From Dehalococcoidales bacterium (GTDB lineage Bacteria > Chloroflexota > Dehalococcoidia > Dehalococcoidales > BS750m-G39): a stretch of DNA of 64,000 nt. Below are positions 1 to 9,641 of this stretch, in pieces (position 1 is the stretch's first letter; each line of letters starts with the position of its first letter). A model generated the notes under the pieces. The model ran no database searches. It saw nothing but the letters and a program-made list of their open reading frames with translations, and was not told the origin of the DNA. Location: the NCBI GenBank assembly GCA_034419075.1, contig DAOULR010000022.1:2598-66597 (forward strand). Reading direction: 5' to 3'. The translations under genes were made by a program, and so were the position numbers.

Positions 1-1
1 C

Positions 2-502
2 GTATCCATGAAGCCCCATTACTGGACCGGCCTTCTTCTGGTAATTCTGGCGACTGCTACCGTATATTTTATAACCAGGTCCAGAATCGGGCTGGCTCTC
101 AGGGCTCTTGGGGAAGACGAGACGTCAGCCGCCTCACACGGAATTCATATCTTGCCGTACAAGGTCTTAGCTTTTGCCATCGGGTCTTTTATAATGGGGA
201 TTTGCGGCAGCCTGTATGTTTACTACCTGTTTTCTGTCCTACCTTGGTCCGTAATGCACCTTAACTGGCTATTTATCCCTATTCTTATATGCCTACTAGG
301 GGGCAATGGGACGATTTTTGGCCCTATCATAGGCTCTTTTATTGTAGCGGCGCTTTTTAGCTATGCAGACATTTATGTAGGGGAATACGCACCCATGCTA
401 TCAGGTGCACTTATTATCATCGTTATGAAGTACATGCCCACAGGCGTCATCGGGCTTGGGGACAGGAAACTGTTTCGTATTAGAGGTAGAGATGAAGGTT
501 AA
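2..502 (+). CDS. Branched-chain amino acid ABC transporter permease (LivM-like), C-terminal part; 5' end outside window
   Basis: Frame open from window edge to stop at 500-502. Polytopic hydrophobic sequence with LLGGNGTIFGPIIGSF segment typical of LivH/LivM permeases. Confidence 0.6.
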   Translation, partial: VSMKPHYWTGLLLVILATATVYFITRSRIGLALRALGEDETSAASHGIHILPYKVLAFAIGSFIMGICGSLYVYYLFSVLPWSVMHLNWLFIPILICLLGGNGTIFGPIIGSFIVAALFSYADIYVGEYAPMLSGALIIIVMKYMPTGVIGLGDRKLFRIRGRDEG

Positions 503-550
503 ACACTAGCCAACCAAAAACCCGTTAATAGGTTAAGGAGGTAAAGAAAC

Positions 551-1183
551 ATGGCTAAAGATCTGGTTAGCACATTAGCTGATTTAAAAGAAGAAGAGGT
601 TCTTAAGATTGTTAAACACAGGCTGGGGGCTGGTGAAGAGCCACTCAAGATCCTGGAAGACGCCAGAAAAGGTATGGAAATCGTGGGTAAGCGCTTTGCC
701 GATAGCGAATATTTCATACCCGACCTGCTCTATTCCGGGGAGATATTGAAGGCAATAACCGAGCTGGTCAAGCCCAGGTTAAACCAGGCAGCCGAGAGCA
801 AGAAACTGGGTAAGGTTGTTTTTGGTACGGTGGCTGGTGATATACACGATATCGGCAAGGACATCGTTGTCTTCATGCTAGATGTTAACGGCTTCGAGGT
901 TTACGACCTCGGCGTGGATGTGCCGGCACAGAAGTTCGTTGATAAGATAAAGGAAACCAATGCCTCTATTGTTGGCCTGAGCGGGTTCCTGTCGTTGGCC
1001 TTTGATTCGATGAAGGATACCGTAGAAGCCATAAAAGCCGCCAGCTTAAGAGACAAGGTAAAGATAATGATAGGCGGTGGTCAGATAACCGATAAGATAA
1101 ATAAGTACACCGGCGCCGATGCCCATGGCAAGGATGCCATGACCGGCGTTACCCTAGCCAAAAAATGGGTTGGGGCCAAGTAA
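551..1183 (+). CDS. Corrinoid (B12)-binding protein, methyltransferase cognate type
   Basis: 210 aa. DxHxxG B12-binding motif (GDIHDIGKDIV) after an N-terminal helical cap. aggagg SD upstream. Confidence 0.85.
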   Translation: MAKDLVSTLADLKEEEVLKIVKHRLGAGEEPLKILEDARKGMEIVGKRFADSEYFIPDLLYSGEILKAITELVKPRLNQAAESKKLGKVVFGTVAGDIHDIGKDIVVFMLDVNGFEVYDLGVDVPAQKFVDKIKETNASIVGLSGFLSLAFDSMKDTVEAIKAASLRDKVKIMIGGGQITDKINKYTGADAHGKDAMTGVTLAKKWVGAK

Positions 1184-1215
1184 TAATCCTCTAGAATTTT
1201 GCAGGAGGTAATAAA

Positions 1216-2553
1216 ATGGTAAAACAATGGGAAGAGATGACACCAGATGAAAAGCAGGAGGTGATGTTTCAAAAGTGGCTTTCGCCGGAGGGCGTGGAAT
1301 TTAAAAGCCCCGAAGCCGAGAAGGCGTACAAGGAAAGGGTAACCAGGATAAAAGATGCTGTACAACTCAAGAAAAAGCCGGATAGGGTGCCGGTCTTTCC
1401 ATTCGTTGGCTTTTTCGCCGCTTTTAATGCCGGGATGACCGCTGAAGAAGCGATGTATGACTTCGACAAGTTCTCCGAAGCAGCGAAGAGATATGTCTTG
1501 GACTTTGAACCGGATGCCCACGCCAGCTTATTTGTCCAGGGTCCGGGAAAGGTCTTTGATATTCTTGATTATAAATTATACGGCTGGCCCGGCCACGGGG
1601 TTTCCCCCAATCATGGCTACCAGTGCCTTGAAGCGGAATACATGAAGGCCGATGAATATGATGACCTCATTCAGGACCCTTCATATTTCTTTAACAGCAT
1701 CTACTTCCCGCGTATATTTGGAAAGCTGGAGCCCTTTAAGATGCTCGCTCCACTCACCGGCGTACTCGAGCTGCCATTCACCGGCCCGGTTCTCTATCCC
1801 TACGGTCTGCCCGAAGTTCAAGCCGCCTATAAGGCCCTCCTGGAAGCAGGCAGTGAATCCCTGAAATGGGTAGGATATCTCCTTGCCTACGAGAAGGGAA
1901 TGGCCGAATCAGGATTTCCCCTTTTCTACGGCTGGTTTACCAAGACACCTTTTGATGTCATTGGCGACACCCTCAGGGGCACTAGGGGGATAATGCTGGA
2001 TATGTACCGGCAACCTGATAAGCTCCTCCAAGCCTTGGAGGCAATAACCCCTTTAACGATTAAGCTGGGGGTAACCATGGCAAAGACGAACGGAAGGCCT
2101 TTAGTGTTAATACCGCTACATAAAGGTGCCGACGGCTTTATGTCCGATGAGCAGTTTAAGACCTTCTATTGGCCTACCTTTAGAAAGATGCTCATGGGCA
2201 TAATTGATGAGGGATGCGTACCATTTCTTTATGTTGAGGGGAGCTATAACTCGCGTCTGGAAATTATCAAGGATGTACCGAGAGGTAAGACGATATGGTC
2301 ATTCGACACGACAGATATGGCCAAAGCGAAGAAAATACTAGGTGATGTGGCCTGCATCGGCGGCAACATGCCAGTCTCACTATTGACCATAGGCACACCA
2401 CAAGAAGTGAAAGACTACACCAAGAAACTCATAGATACTGCTGGCAAAGACGGCGGTTATATAATGGTCAGTGGGGTGGTAATTGATGAGGCGAAGCCGG
2501 AAAACCTCAAGGCTATGATTGACGCCACCAAGGAATACGGCGTCTATAAATAG
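1216..2553 (+). CDS. Uroporphyrinogen-decarboxylase (URO-D/MtaA-CmuA) family protein, probable corrinoid-dependent methyltransferase
   Basis: 445 aa. Starts 32 nt after the corrinoid protein gene with a ggagg SD. Family call rests on overall resemblance and context only. Confidence 0.55.
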   Translation: MVKQWEEMTPDEKQEVMFQKWLSPEGVEFKSPEAEKAYKERVTRIKDAVQLKKKPDRVPVFPFVGFFAAFNAGMTAEEAMYDFDKFSEAAKRYVLDFEPDAHASLFVQGPGKVFDILDYKLYGWPGHGVSPNHGYQCLEAEYMKADEYDDLIQDPSYFFNSIYFPRIFGKLEPFKMLAPLTGVLELPFTGPVLYPYGLPEVQAAYKALLEAGSESLKWVGYLLAYEKGMAESGFPLFYGWFTKTPFDVIGDTLRGTRGIMLDMYRQPDKLLQALEAITPLTIKLGVTMAKTNGRPLVLIPLHKGADGFMSDEQFKTFYWPTFRKMLMGIIDEGCVPFLYVEGSYNSRLEIIKDVPRGKTIWSFDTTDMAKAKKILGDVACIGGNMPVSLLTIGTPQEVKDYTKKLIDTAGKDGGYIMVSGVVIDEAKPENLKAMIDATKEYGVYK

Positions 2554-2772
2554 ATGATTAATGGGCTAGTAAGAACCTGGGGATTCAGCCCGGATGTGTG
2601 GCCGACCGGTTCGGCTTCATTGAGGAAAATTCCTTGATAGTATAAGCCGTTTTTTCAATCGTAATAGTCATTTTTCAGCCTCGACTTATTTTCTTAACTA
2701 AACCTCTTGACTTAATACTCTAAGTTTTAAACTTCAATAAGGAAAATGATTCTTTAAAGGAGCCGGAGGAGA

Positions 2773-3147
2773 ATGACATTGAAAATAATCAACATGGAAA
2801 ATCTCGAAGTCGGGGATGTAACGGAGGTGCCTTTATTCACCGGGGGAAAGGTGTATACCCAGTCTGTACTTGAAGAAGATTTCGGTACAGGGAAAATTCA
2901 GATTGTTAACGTAAAATTCGCACCCGGCGCCCGCAATAAGTTCCATACACATTCCAGGGCGCAGATCCTGTACGTTACTGAAGGCAAGGGAATTATCGCC
3001 ACCAGGGATAAGCAACAAATAGTTGAACCAGGGACGACTATCTTCATCCCCGCAGGCGAGGAGCACTGGCACGGAGCATCAAACGACTCCTCTTTCGCCC
3101 ACCTTTCAATAATTGGAACGCCCCAGGAATTCAAGATAGTGGAATAA
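2773..3147 (+). CDS. Cupin domain protein
   Basis: 124 aa. Two cupin motifs (GARNKFHTH... and GTTIFIPAGEEHWHGASN). Confidence 0.75.
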   Translation: MTLKIINMENLEVGDVTEVPLFTGGKVYTQSVLEEDFGTGKIQIVNVKFAPGARNKFHTHSRAQILYVTEGKGIIATRDKQQIVEPGTTIFIPAGEEHWHGASNDSSFAHLSIIGTPQEFKIVE

Positions 3148-3280
3148 AGATCGATTCGAGCCAGTAAAACTCGAGGAGAAACAAAATCATAAAAGCGCTG
3201 GAGTTGTATCTTCCAGAGTTGATTTGTTCAAAAGAGACTAAGCATTGCATTAAAAGATTCCCACATGGAGGTAGTATAAG

Positions 3281-3400
3281 ATGGCAAACGAGATAGGCAA
3301 GAAGTACAGGTGTACCAAGTGCGGCTCAGAATTCATTGTTACCAGGGGAGGTGACGGCACCATTCACTGCTGTGGCCAACCCTTGGAAATGAGGAAGTAG
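3281..3400 (+). CDS. Desulforedoxin-like small metal-binding protein (39 aa)
   Basis: Not in ORF track (<60 aa). Translation MANEIGKKYRCTKCGSEFIVTRGGDGTIHCCGQPLEMRK has the CxxCG...CCG pattern and spacing of desulforedoxin. GGAGG 8 nt upstream. Confidence 0.7.
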   Translation: MANEIGKKYRCTKCGSEFIVTRGGDGTIHCCGQPLEMRK

Positions 3401-3431
3401 GACCAACTATTGGGCAGGAGGTGTTACTCAA

Positions 3432-3575
3432 GTGGCAAGTCAATTGGGTAAAAGGTACCGCTGCCTTAAGTGCGGTACTGAAATACTATGTACTAAAGCC
3501 GGCGAAGGCAAGCTGACCTGCTGCGGTCAGGAAATGGAAGTCCAGGAACCTAGACCTATTCCCTCTTCAGATTAA
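3432..3575 (+). CDS. Desulforedoxin-like small metal-binding protein (47 aa), tandem paralog
   Basis: Not in ORF track. GTG start after AGGAGG. Translation ..KRYRCLKCGTEILCTKAGEGKLTCCGQEMEV.. has the same CxxCG...CCG pattern. Confidence 0.65.
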   Translation: MASQLGKRYRCLKCGTEILCTKAGEGKLTCCGQEMEVQEPRPIPSSD

Positions 3576-3604
3576 AAAACGAAGATTGAAAAGGGAGTGA
3601 AAAG

Positions 3605-5173
3605 ATGGTTATAACCGAGTTTCTTGACCTTTCCGCCCTGCTCGTCCCCGAGAGGACGGTCATCGCCTTTGAGGGCAGGCGCTACAGCTACGCCCAGCTT
3701 AGGGAGAGGGTAAACCGCCTGGCCGATTCGCTAAATAAAATAGGCCTGGAAAAGGGAGACCGGGCAGCCATCCTGGAGGTCAACTGCAATGAATATGTGG
3801 AGGCCTGTTTTGGGGTGGTGAAGGCGGGTGGTATCTTTGTGCCCTTAAACTTCCGCATCAGGGAGGACGAGCTGATATATCTGGTCAATAAAGCCGAGCC
3901 CAAAATTCTCTTCGTCGGCAGCCGCTACGCTGATATGGTAAATAGCGTCTGTTCTAAACTGTCCTCGGTGGAGCATTTGGTTATCATCGGGGGCAAGCAT
4001 GAGGAAATATCAAGCTATGATGAGCTTATTGCCTCCGGTTCGGCGGAAGACAAGACCTTTGCCGAGCTAAAAGATGAGGATGTGGCCATGCTTATCTTCA
4101 CTGCCGGGACTACTGGCTTCCCCAAGGGAGTTCCCCAGGACCACAATGCCTACAGCACCTATGTACTGACCAATGTTGACCCCCCCGATATGGAGGCGCC
4201 GCCGGAAACCAACGTTCTGGTAATGCCCCTCTACCACGTGGCCGGGATGCAGGCACTGATGGCGGCTATCTATGGGGGCCGGACTATTGCTTTGATGCGG
4301 CAGTTTGACGAAAAAGAGTGGTTCGAGACAGTGCAGCGGGAGAAGGCCACCCGGGTGATGGTGGTGCCGACCATGCTCAAGCGCATCGTGGACTACCCCG
4401 ACTTGGCTAAATACGACTTCTCCAGCGTGCGGGTAATAACCTATGGCGCCGCCGCCTGTCCCTACGAGGTTTTAAAGAAGACTATTGAGCGCTTTCCGGG
4501 GCGGGCGCTGATAAACGCCTTCGGCGGGACGGAGACCTCTTCCACCATAGCCGCCCTGAGGGCCGAAGACCAGGTAATCACTGGGAAAGAGACCGAGGCG
4601 GGGAGAGAGAAGAAGCTAAAGCGTCTGGCGACTTCTATCGGCTTGCCAATGGATGACGTTGAAATCCAGGTCAGGGATGAAAAAGGCCAGGAATTGCCCC
4701 CTGAGCAGCTAGGGGAAATCGTGGTGCGGGGGCCGAGGATAATGAAGGGCTACTGGAAGGATGAGGAGAGGACGGAGAAGGCCTTTACCGCCGACGGCTG
4801 GTACCGCACCGGAGACATGGGCTATAAGGACGAGGAGGGTTATATCTACCTTGCCGGACGGGGTGACGACGTTATCGTTCGGGGTGGTGAGAACATCGGC
4901 CCCGACGAGGTGGAGAGCGTCCTCTCCACCCACCCCAAAATTGAGGAGGCGGCCGTAATCGGAGTCAAGGATGTGGAATGGGGCCAGCAAGTGCGGGCTG
5001 TGGTCCGGCTCAAAGAAGGACAGACCGCCAGTGAGCAGGAGATAATTGATTTCTGCCGTACCCACCTGGCCAGCTTCAAGCGGCCTACCTCGGTGGTTTT
5101 TATTACCGGGGAGTTGCCTAAGACTGCCACCGGCAAAACCCTGCGGCGCGAGCTGCGCGAGAAGTACGGGTAG
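3605..5173 (+). CDS. AMP-dependent acyl-CoA synthetase/ligase
   Basis: 522 aa. AMP-binding motifs FTAGTTGFPKGV, GWYRTGDMG, RGGENIGPDEVE and C-terminal GKTLRREL. Confidence 0.85.
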   Translation: MVITEFLDLSALLVPERTVIAFEGRRYSYAQLRERVNRLADSLNKIGLEKGDRAAILEVNCNEYVEACFGVVKAGGIFVPLNFRIREDELIYLVNKAEPKILFVGSRYADMVNSVCSKLSSVEHLVIIGGKHEEISSYDELIASGSAEDKTFAELKDEDVAMLIFTAGTTGFPKGVPQDHNAYSTYVLTNVDPPDMEAPPETNVLVMPLYHVAGMQALMAAIYGGRTIALMRQFDEKEWFETVQREKATRVMVVPTMLKRIVDYPDLAKYDFSSVRVITYGAAACPYEVLKKTIERFPGRALINAFGGTETSSTIAALRAEDQVITGKETEAGREKKLKRLATSIGLPMDDVEIQVRDEKGQELPPEQLGEIVVRGPRIMKGYWKDEERTEKAFTADGWYRTGDMGYKDEEGYIYLAGRGDDVIVRGGENIGPDEVESVLSTHPKIEEAAVIGVKDVEWGQQVRAVVRLKEGQTASEQEIIDFCRTHLASFKRPTSVVFITGELPKTATGKTLRRELREKYG

Positions 5174-5309
5174 GCTTAAATTTTGTTCGGGCAGGCGACG
5201 GAGCTCAAAGACCACCGGGTTTTGGGCATCGGGGTAGGCAACGGTGGTTAATTCTAGGAAGGAGCGGCTTCACCAAAGTCCAATAAATGGAAGTATGACG
5301 TCTGAATAG

Positions 5310-5543
5310 AGAACTGAAATCCGGAGCTTTGTAAGAGAGGTCAGGGTAACCGGTGACGAAGCGACCCTGACTTACTCAATGCCTCTCCTACCGGAAAAAG
5401 TGGCTATTGAAAAAGAGAGAGTTCTACCTACCGTACAGTATGGTGGGCCTTGGTTGACAGTTCCCGAACTTTTCTTCGAGAAAAAACAACTGATTCCAGC
5501 TCTACAGCAGCTGATTTTGTCCTATAGTAGACCCACTGGTTAA
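5310..5543 (+). pseudogene. 3'-terminal remnant of a serine-recombinase-type gene (no start codon, about 77 codons)
   Basis: Open frame after TAG at 5307-5309. Translation ..FVREVRVTGDEATLTYSMPLLPEK..ERVLPTVQYGGPW.. parallels the C-terminus of the intact recombinase at 52880-54391 (..LYVKEGKVTKVELNSPF..SESVLSGGRYRT). Both share the TGGTGGGC string at the GG codons. Confidence 0.45.
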
Positions 5544-5575
5544 CTTTAGTCCATCTAAAGCATTTAGTCAACAAC
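5439..5575. repeat. 137-bp direct repeat, copy A (left of Pho regulon)
   Basis: Hand alignment with 13083-13219: no indels, 19 mismatches, first 47 nt identical. Confidence 0.9.
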
Positions 5576-5675
5576 AAAAGATGGATTGTTTAAGTCACTT
5601 TGTGGCGGATTGTTATATTGCTTATCTCGACATTTGATAGACCGCGTCTTTGGCTTTATACTATCATTAGAGCTA

Positions 5676-6359
5676 ATGGCCAAAATTCTGATTGTCGAAG
5701 ACGACCGCAACCTGCTGGACACCCTCAAATACAATCTGCGTAAAGAGGGCTACAGCGTAGTCACGGCTGTTGACGGCGCCGAGGCTCTTGATGTCGCCCG
5801 CCGGGAGAAGCCCGACCTCATCGTCCTCGACGTGATGCTCCCCAAGCTGAGCGGCTTCGAGGTCTGCCGCATCCTGCGGAAGGAGATGACCGTCCCCATC
5901 CTGATGCTTACCGCCAAGGACGAGGAAGTCGACAAGATAGTCGGGCTGGAGATTGGCGCCGATGATTATATGACCAAGCCCTTCAGTATGCGGGAGCTGC
6001 TGGCCCGCTTAAGTGCCATGCTGCGCCGGGCCGACATGGCGGTCCCGCCAGCTGAGGCAGAGTCCCTTAAGGTCGGCGAGCTGGAGATTGACGTTGCCCG
6101 TCACCAGGCTTTCCTCCGGGGCCAGCCCCTGGAGCTCAGCCCCAAAGAATTCGAGCTGCTCCTCTTCCTAGCCCGAAACAAGGGGTTTGTCTTCAACCGC
6201 GAACAGCTCTTGGATAAGGTTTGGGGCTATGACTACGCTGGTGAGACGCGGACGGTGGACGTCCATATACGGTGGCTGAGACAGAAAATCGAAACCGACC
6301 CCGCCAAACCCCGGTACCTGCTTACGGTGAGGGGGGCGGGTTACAAGCTGGAAGGCTAA
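5676..6359 (+). CDS. phoB: OmpR-family response regulator, phosphate regulon (PhoB/PhoP-like)
   Basis: Start moved to ATG 5676 ([10 protein letters not shown]). Receiver domain plus winged-helix output. Abuts the kinase gene and the pst operon. Confidence 0.85.
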   Translation: MAKILIVEDDRNLLDTLKYNLRKEGYSVVTAVDGAEALDVARREKPDLIVLDVMLPKLSGFEVCRILRKEMTVPILMLTAKDEEVDKIVGLEIGADDYMTKPFSMRELLARLSAMLRRADMAVPPAEAESLKVGELEIDVARHQAFLRGQPLELSPKEFELLLFLARNKGFVFNREQLLDKVWGYDYAGETRTVDVHIRWLRQKIETDPAKPRYLLTVRGAGYKLEG

Positions 6360-6360
6360 T

Positions 6361-8097
6361 ATGTTCCGTAGCATTCAATGGCGCCTTACCTTTTTCTTCG
6401 TTCTACTCATCGTGGTCAGTATGGGCGCTCTCGGCGTCTATCTGGTCAGCTCTACCCGCAACTCCCAGCTCGACAGCCTGCGCTCTCAATTGGAGAACGA
6501 AGCCAAAATCACCGCCGAGGCCAGCCTGCCTGGATTTCTCGGTCAGGATGAAGACGCCGACCTTGACGCTCTGGCTAAGAGGCTGGGAGAAGAGATTGAC
6601 GCCCGTGTCACTATCATTGCGGTGGACGGGGTGGTGTTGGGCGATTCCGAGGAGGACCCCGCTTTCATGGAAAACCACGCCAACCGCCCCGAAGTCATTG
6701 ACGCCCTGGCGACGGGCGTTGGCGAGAGCACTCGCTACAGCGTTACCCTGGGGCAAGAGATGATGTATCTGGCCGTGCCCATCTCCTACCAGGGCGAAAT
6801 CTTGGGCATAGCCCGCGTCTCGCTGGCGCTGACCACTGTGGAAAGCCTGGCCCACCGGGTGACGTTGAGCATTATCATCGCCATGGCGATAGCCGCCGTG
6901 CTGGTCATTCTGGCCGCCTGGATTATCGCCCGCATCACCACCGGGCCGATAAGGGATCTTACCGCCGCCTCAAAAAGAATCGGCTCCGGGGAGCTGGGGC
7001 GGAAGATAACCATAGCCGCCAAGGACGAGGTGGGGGAACTGGCCCACGCCTTCAACGAAATGTCGGCCAGGCTTAAGGAATCGGTGGAGGAAATCTCCAA
7101 AGACAGGGCCAGGCTGGCTACCATCCTGGACAACATGGCCGACGGCGTCATTATGACCGACACCGAGGGCAATGTCTCGCTGGCTAACCAGACGGCGGAG
7201 AAGCTTTTTAGGGTTAAGGAAGTAGAGAATAAGCCGCTCATCGAGGCGGTGCGTGACCACGAGGTCGACGAGTTACTGAGGCTTTGCCTGAAAACAGGCC
7301 AGACGCAGGCCGTTAACTACGAGTCGGGCACGTCGAAACGCTACCTGCGGGCTATCGCTATCCCCATCGCTCATAGCGGCGTCCTTCTCCTCTTCCAGGA
7401 CCTCACCGAGCTTATAAAGCTGCAGACGACCCGGCGCGAGCTTATCGGCAACATATCCCACGAGCTCAGAACGCCCCTGGCCGGTATCAAGGCCATGGTG
7501 GAAACACTGAGCGGCGGCGCTGTCGACGATAAAAAGGCAGCCCGCGACTTCCTTACCCGCATTGACGGCGAGGTGGAGCGTTTGACGCAGCTAGTGAGCG
7601 AGCTGACCGAGCTTTCCCGCATCGAGACGGGTAAAGCCGAGCTGAGGTTGGAACTGGTGAACCTGAACCAGCTAGCAGAGGAGGTTATCAGCCAGCTCAG
7701 CCCTCAGGCGGAGAGACAGAAGCTGACCCTAGGGAAAAAACTCGCCGCCAGGCTGCCCAAGGTCAACGCCGACCGGGCCCGGGTGCGTCAGGTAATCACC
7801 AACCTGGTGCACAACGCCATCAAGTTCACCCCCGAGGAAGGGAAGATAACCATTACCACCAGGGCGCTGGAAGGCACCGTCGGCGTTGACATCGCCGACA
7901 CCGGCATCGGCATCCCCGAAGCCGACCTGCCCCATGTCTTCGAGCGCTTCTATAAGGGGGACAGGGCCCGCTCGGGGGCGGGCACGGGCATGGGGCTGGC
8001 TATCGCCAAGCATGTCGTCGAGGCTCACGGCGGCAGAATTTGGGTGGAGAGCGAGGAGGGGAGGGGCTCTACCTTCAGCTTTAGCCTGCCGCTCTAA
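6361..8097 (+). CDS. phoR: Phosphate-sensing histidine kinase (PhoR-like)
   Basis: 578 aa. TM segments, HAMP/PAS-like region, H-box ISHELRTPL, HATPase G-boxes ([14 protein letters not shown]). Confidence 0.85.
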   Translation: MFRSIQWRLTFFFVLLIVVSMGALGVYLVSSTRNSQLDSLRSQLENEAKITAEASLPGFLGQDEDADLDALAKRLGEEIDARVTIIAVDGVVLGDSEEDPAFMENHANRPEVIDALATGVGESTRYSVTLGQEMMYLAVPISYQGEILGIARVSLALTTVESLAHRVTLSIIIAMAIAAVLVILAAWIIARITTGPIRDLTAASKRIGSGELGRKITIAAKDEVGELAHAFNEMSARLKESVEEISKDRARLATILDNMADGVIMTDTEGNVSLANQTAEKLFRVKEVENKPLIEAVRDHEVDELLRLCLKTGQTQAVNYESGTSKRYLRAIAIPIAHSGVLLLFQDLTELIKLQTTRRELIGNISHELRTPLAGIKAMVETLSGGAVDDKKAARDFLTRIDGEVERLTQLVSELTELSRIETGKAELRLELVNLNQLAEEVISQLSPQAERQKLTLGKKLAARLPKVNADRARVRQVITNLVHNAIKFTPEEGKITITTRALEGTVGVDIADTGIGIPEADLPHVFERFYKGDRARSGAGTGMGLAIAKHVVEAHGGRIWVESEEGRGSTFSFSLPL

Positions 8098-8191
8098 AAT
8101 TTTAACCAAAATTTAACAAGGCCTTAAACCGTCCTTAAAGTCCAGCCGCTAGACTGGTAATGGATGAATAGGACAACAGGTTTAAGGCTTT

Positions 8192-8659
8192 TTGTTAGTA
8201 AAGGAGGTGAAAGAAAGATTGAAGAAACTGACACTGGCACTGGTTGCCCACGACGCCAAGAAAGAGGCTATGGTGCGGCTGGTGAAGGCGCACCGGGAAG
8301 AGCTTTCGGGGCTGGAGCTTACGGCTACCCGAAGCACCGGCCGTCTCATCCAGGAGAGGACGGGGCTGAAGGTGCGGTTGCTGGAGAGCGGCTCTATGGG
8401 CGGCGACCAGCAGGTCGGCGCTCTGGTGGCTAACGAGACCATCAAGGCGGTGATTTTCCTGCGCGACCCGCTTACGGCGCACCCCCATGAACCGGACGTA
8501 TCGGCACTGTTGCGGGTCTGTGATGTGCACAACGTGCCCCTGGCCACCAACCTGACCACCGCCGAAGCCGTTCTTCACCTTATCGCCGAGCACTCCGAAG
8601 CCTTAGGCGAAAACAAAGCGGCAAGTCATATTGAAAAAATGACCGCCGCTAGAATATAG
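8192..8659 (+). CDS. mgsA: Methylglyoxal synthase
   Basis: LALVAHDAKK...GGDQQVGALV...FLRDPLTAHPHEPDVSALLRVCDVHNVPLATN matches the MGS-like domain. Start codon uncertain. Confidence 0.8.
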   Translation: MLVKEVKERLKKLTLALVAHDAKKEAMVRLVKAHREELSGLELTATRSTGRLIQERTGLKVRLLESGSMGGDQQVGALVANETIKAVIFLRDPLTAHPHEPDVSALLRVCDVHNVPLATNLTTAEAVLHLIAEHSEALGENKAASHIEKMTAARI

Positions 8660-8689
8660 ATTTCAGGATAATCAAAAGGAGGAAACAAT

Positions 8690-9598
8690 TTGTTTAGCAA
8701 GCCAGTCAAAAAGTGGTTCGTGTTACCGCTAGCGCTGGTGATGGTAGCTGCTATCGCCATGACCGGCTGCAATGGTAATAACGATTCGGGAAACGGGGAC
8801 GGGCTTTCAGGTTCGTTCAACATCGTCGGCTCCAACACGGTGGAGCCGCTGAGCGCGATCTGGGCGGAGGAATTTATGGCCATGCACCCCGGCGTGAGCA
8901 TCGCCGTCAGCGGGCCCGGCTCCGGGGTGGGCATTGCCTATCTGATTGACGGTACCACCGACATCGCTCAGGCATCGCGGCAGATAAAATCGGCCGAGAT
9001 TGAGGCGGCTCAGGCCAACGGGATAAACCCCTACGAAATCCAGGTCGCCACCGACGCCCTGTCCGTGATAGTGCACCCCTCTAATCCGGTTTCCGAGCTG
9101 ACCATAGCCCAGATTTCGGCTATCTTCACCAACCAGATAACCAACTGGAGCGAGGTCGGCGGCAACGACGCTGAAATCGTGGTCATCTCTCGCGACACCA
9201 ACTCGGGCACCCACGTCTTCTTCAAGGAGCACGTGGTGCAGATGGCGGGCCTGTCCACCGAGGATACCAGCCTTGAGTATGGCCCCGACGTGCTCTTCCT
9301 CCCCTCCACCAAGCAGGGGGTTGACGAAGTGGCTCAAAATCCCAACGCTATCTTCTATCCGGGGCTGGGCTACCTGACCGATGAGGTGAGGCCGCTGGCC
9401 ATCAAGCGGACGGCCAGTGACGCGGGCGTTCTGCCCAGCGTGCAAACTGCTTTAGACGGCACGTACCCCATCGCCCGACCATTGCTCTTCTACACCGACG
9501 GTGTACCCACTGGCGCCATCAAGGCTTTCATTGACTACTGCCTATCCGCCGAGGGTCAGGCCAAGGTAACCGAAGTCGGCTACGTACCGCTACAATAG
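8690..9598 (+). CDS. pstS: Phosphate ABC transporter substrate-binding protein
   Basis: 302 aa. Signal peptide with Cys (MTGCNG). GSGVG and RDTNSGT phosphate-binding motifs. Alternative (TTG) start. Confidence 0.85.
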   Translation: MFSKPVKKWFVLPLALVMVAAIAMTGCNGNNDSGNGDGLSGSFNIVGSNTVEPLSAIWAEEFMAMHPGVSIAVSGPGSGVGIAYLIDGTTDIAQASRQIKSAEIEAAQANGINPYEIQVATDALSVIVHPSNPVSELTIAQISAIFTNQITNWSEVGGNDAEIVVISRDTNSGTHVFFKEHVVQMAGLSTEDTSLEYGPDVLFLPSTKQGVDEVAQNPNAIFYPGLGYLTDEVRPLAIKRTASDAGVLPSVQTALDGTYPIARPLLFYTDGVPTGAIKAFIDYCLSAEGQAKVTEVGYVPLQ

Positions 9599-9641
9599 AA
9601 AACCCTATTTGAAATAAATAGGCGAAAGGAAAACTTGCCCC

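Noticed and set aside
5439-5470. Whether the start of the 137-bp repeat (TGGTGGGCCTTGGTTGACAGTTCCCGAAC) is the reverse complement of a tRNA or tmRNA 3' end, like the att repeat at the tRNA-Val.
   Set aside because: After ..GCCCACCA I could not fold a T-arm (no 5-bp stem around a TTCRANY-like loop). No RNA gene is evident next to either copy. Only the TGGTGGGC octamer is shared.
5586-5675. 30-codon N-terminal extension of phoB in the ORF track (MFKSLCGGLLYCLS..).
   Set aside because: Response regulators start a few residues before the (I/V)L(I/V)V(D/E)D strand. ATG 5676 gives [10 protein letters not shown], so the extension is probably untranslated leader.
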